Origin: Podarcis erhardii
Taxonomy: Eukaryota
Strand: one strand, 5' to 3'
Length of the DNA: 64,000 bases
Assembly: GCA_964252035.1 (NCBI GenBank)
Contig: OZ176209.1
Positions 62,016-64,000 of the stretch are shown here, one piece after another. A program made the position numbers and the translations under genes. Position 1 is the stretch's first letter; each line of letters opens with the position of its first letter. Under the pieces are notes generated by a model. That model had not been told where the DNA came from, searched no databases, and was given only the letters and a program-made list of their open reading frames with translations.

Positions 62016-62856
62016 TCTATGTCTCTATCTATCTATCCCCTGTTGACAACACCCAGTGTCTAGCATACAACTAGGAAGCAGTTGTGACTGGGCTTTCCCA
62101 TTTCCTCAATAGACTATCCCCATGAGTCAGGCGTGGGTGTTCATTAGTAAGGCACTTTTCTTTCTATGAGAGCTTCCGGCAGTCTCTTCTGCTGCTGACT
62201 ATGCCTCTTTAACTTTCTTGGTTGTCTGGTCACTGTAGCTTTTAGCTCCCAGAACTAACACTGTAATTGTCACTATCTTTCTCCATACCCAGGATGGGAG
62301 ACCAGCAATGTTTTTGTCCTCGCTCGAAGTACCAAGACTGCAAGACTTTGCTACAGACCTGGACAACATATCAACAAAGGCAGGGAGAGGCTGGGTATTA
62401 TTCATGCCTTTGAGGATTTCTCTCAAAGTGGACTTACTCTCCACTCCACACTACACCTGTAGTAATGGTGTACACAACATTTTTTACCTCAGCATTCTCT
62501 TCTGTAAAGCCAAGATGAATGGATTCCCCCCTCCCTGCATTATCAAACCAGACTTGTGAATGCTCTCACCACATATCCTGCTAATTATTCAAAACATCCT
62601 GAAAAACATGCTGAGAAGCAAGTTGAGCTAGGAAGTGCTGTATTATGATCCAGACACAGGATAAGAATGCTCACATAACCATGTCAACAAAATTCAGCCA
62701 ATATATAAATTTACCTTTGCTTCATCTGATTAAAAAAGCCGGGGATGGGGGTAGGAAAGCAACTCTCTGAGAGATCCCATGCATTCCGTTTCAGGGGCAA
62801 CTAATATCTGAAAATGTTTCTCACCTCCATAACCCATCCTTAAATCATTGCCTAAT

Positions 62857-63320
62857 AATACCTCAGTTGGTTAGAGTATGGAGCGTCTCCACCCCCATCG
62901 TTCTGCCCAGACACTGAGATCCAGCGCCAAGGGCCTTCCAGCAGTTCCCTCACTGTGAGAAGCCAAGTTACAGGAAACAAGGCAGAGGGCCTTCTCAGTA
63001 GCAGCACCTGCTCTGTGAAACACCCTCCCACCAGATGTCAAAGAGAAAATCAACTACCTGACGTTTAGAAGACATTTGAAGGCAACCCTGTTTAGGGAAG
63101 TTTTTAATTACTGGTGTTTTAATGTATTTTTAATCTCTGTTGGAAGCAGCCCAGAGTGGCTGGGGAAACCCAGCCAGGTGGACAGGGTACAAATAAATTA
63201 TGATTATGATTATGATTATGTTTATGATATGCCAAAGCTGACATTTCGATCCCCGTAAAGGACAGCTGCATATTCCTGATCCTCAGGATCCCTTCCAACT
63301 CAACAATTTCTATGACCATG
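62857..63320 (+). mobile_element. tRNA(Ile)-headed, CR1-tailed SINE split by an L2 insertion
   Basis: 5' part ctcagttggttagagtatgg (62857-62881) and 3' part tgatatgccaaag...ttcgatccccgta..ggacagctgcatattcctg...cccttccaactc (about 63225-63320) together reconstruct a tRNA-Ile(AAT)-like head plus CR1 end. Confidence 0.75.
62882..63224 (+). mobile_element. L2 LINE 3' fragment
   Basis: Reverse complement aligns with 37230-37540; (ATTATG)n tail. Confidence 0.9.
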
Positions 63321-63388
63321 AGGGATAGCATCCAAACATCCAGTTTTACCATGTGATGAAATGATTATCGCGTGATTAAGATAATGTG

Positions 63389-63628
63389 CAGGGTTGGTCC
63401 AAGGCATTTTGTTGCCTGAGGCAAAGGAGCCCTCTCCCAATTTTGCAGACAGAAGATAGCCGGGCTGGCAACAGAACAATATCTGCCACATCTGAGGGCA
63501 GCAGGGAAGCTTGCAGGAGAGTGGCACACACAGCTCTGTCCTCCAGCCCCCTTACTACCACACTCCAACCCCCATCATCCGCTGCTGAGGCAGTTGCCTC
63601 ACTTTGTCTAATGGTAGGACCAGCCCTG
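63389..63628. mobile_element. 240-bp MITE, probably hAT (non-Buster type)
   Basis: TIRs CAGGGTTGGTCC...GGACCAGCCCTG; internal gcctgaggc motifs; 8-bp flanks ATAATGTG/ATAGTGTA (6/8). Confidence 0.65.
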
Positions 63629-64000
63629 ATAGTGTATGAAGTAGTCTTTACTTAAGGCAGATTGAAAAATCCAGTTCTTCTCTGTGCGTTTGCCACTTTC
63701 CATGCTTACAACTGCTTGCAGAGGTGAAGGATTTAAATGTGGCACCTCTTTTCATTAAATGCCATTCTATTCAAGAGCAGCAGAGAATTTATGATAATAT
63801 ATGTATGCATTTAAATACTGTGTGTACCACAAATGCTGACTGAGGAGTTTCCCCCCGAAAGAGTAAACACTATGTATGTACAGTATTTTCCTAGTGCATT
63901 CAGCTTGCAAATTCAAATGGAGATGAATAACAATAGGCTGTACGTTTGCAATTCATGGGTTTTAGACTATTCTGTGAATTTGTTTGCAAGTCTGATATTG

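Noticed and set aside
62438-62501. 64-nt minus-strand exon candidate ENAEVKNVVYTITTGVVWSG and ORF 62199..62444
   Set aside because: Splice signals present, but there is a competing internal donor and no recognisable protein; cannot be supported without RNA data.
1-64000. CRISPR array, rRNA, prokaryotic operon or viral gene block
   Set aside because: No spacer-repeat arrays, rRNA similarity or dense ORFs; repeat content is that of a lizard nuclear genome.

Overview
AT-rich vertebrate nuclear DNA, almost certainly from a lacertid lizard (Podarcis/Lacerta/Zootoca-type). The basis is the repeat set: Sauria/Squam1 SINEs with (ACCTTT)n tails, Squam3 CORE-SINEs, BovB, and young CR1, L2 and L1 LINEs. 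I recognise no host protein-coding gene, real tRNA/rRNA gene or CRISPR array, so the window looks intronic or intergenic. The long ORFs with recognisable peptides are retroelement remnants; the others are antisense, microsatellite or unassigned ORFs. Most interpretable sequence is mobile DNA: LINEs (BovB, RTE, RTE-X-like, CR1, L2, L1), at least four SINE types, hAT and Tigger/pogo MITEs, a Penelope terminal fragment and a DIRS/Ngaro-like unit. Several have exact target-site duplications (TSDs) and informative nesting. Best leads: (1) a damaged hammerhead ribozyme in the Penelope fragment (61.8 kb); (2) a DIRS/Ngaro-like 3' fragment flanked by 28-bp direct repeats and sharing a hairpin with a larger copy (5.3 and 57.7 kb); (3) an unexplained ~130-bp local duplicate with a near-identical ~90-bp core (8.4 and 16.8 kb); (4) a frameshifted ZNF862/KIAA1586-like hAT transposase fossil (23.7-24.4 kb). 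A few splice-flanked small exon candidates are listed at low confidence. I found no compelling new biological system. Family names are from memory of consensus sequences, not from a search.
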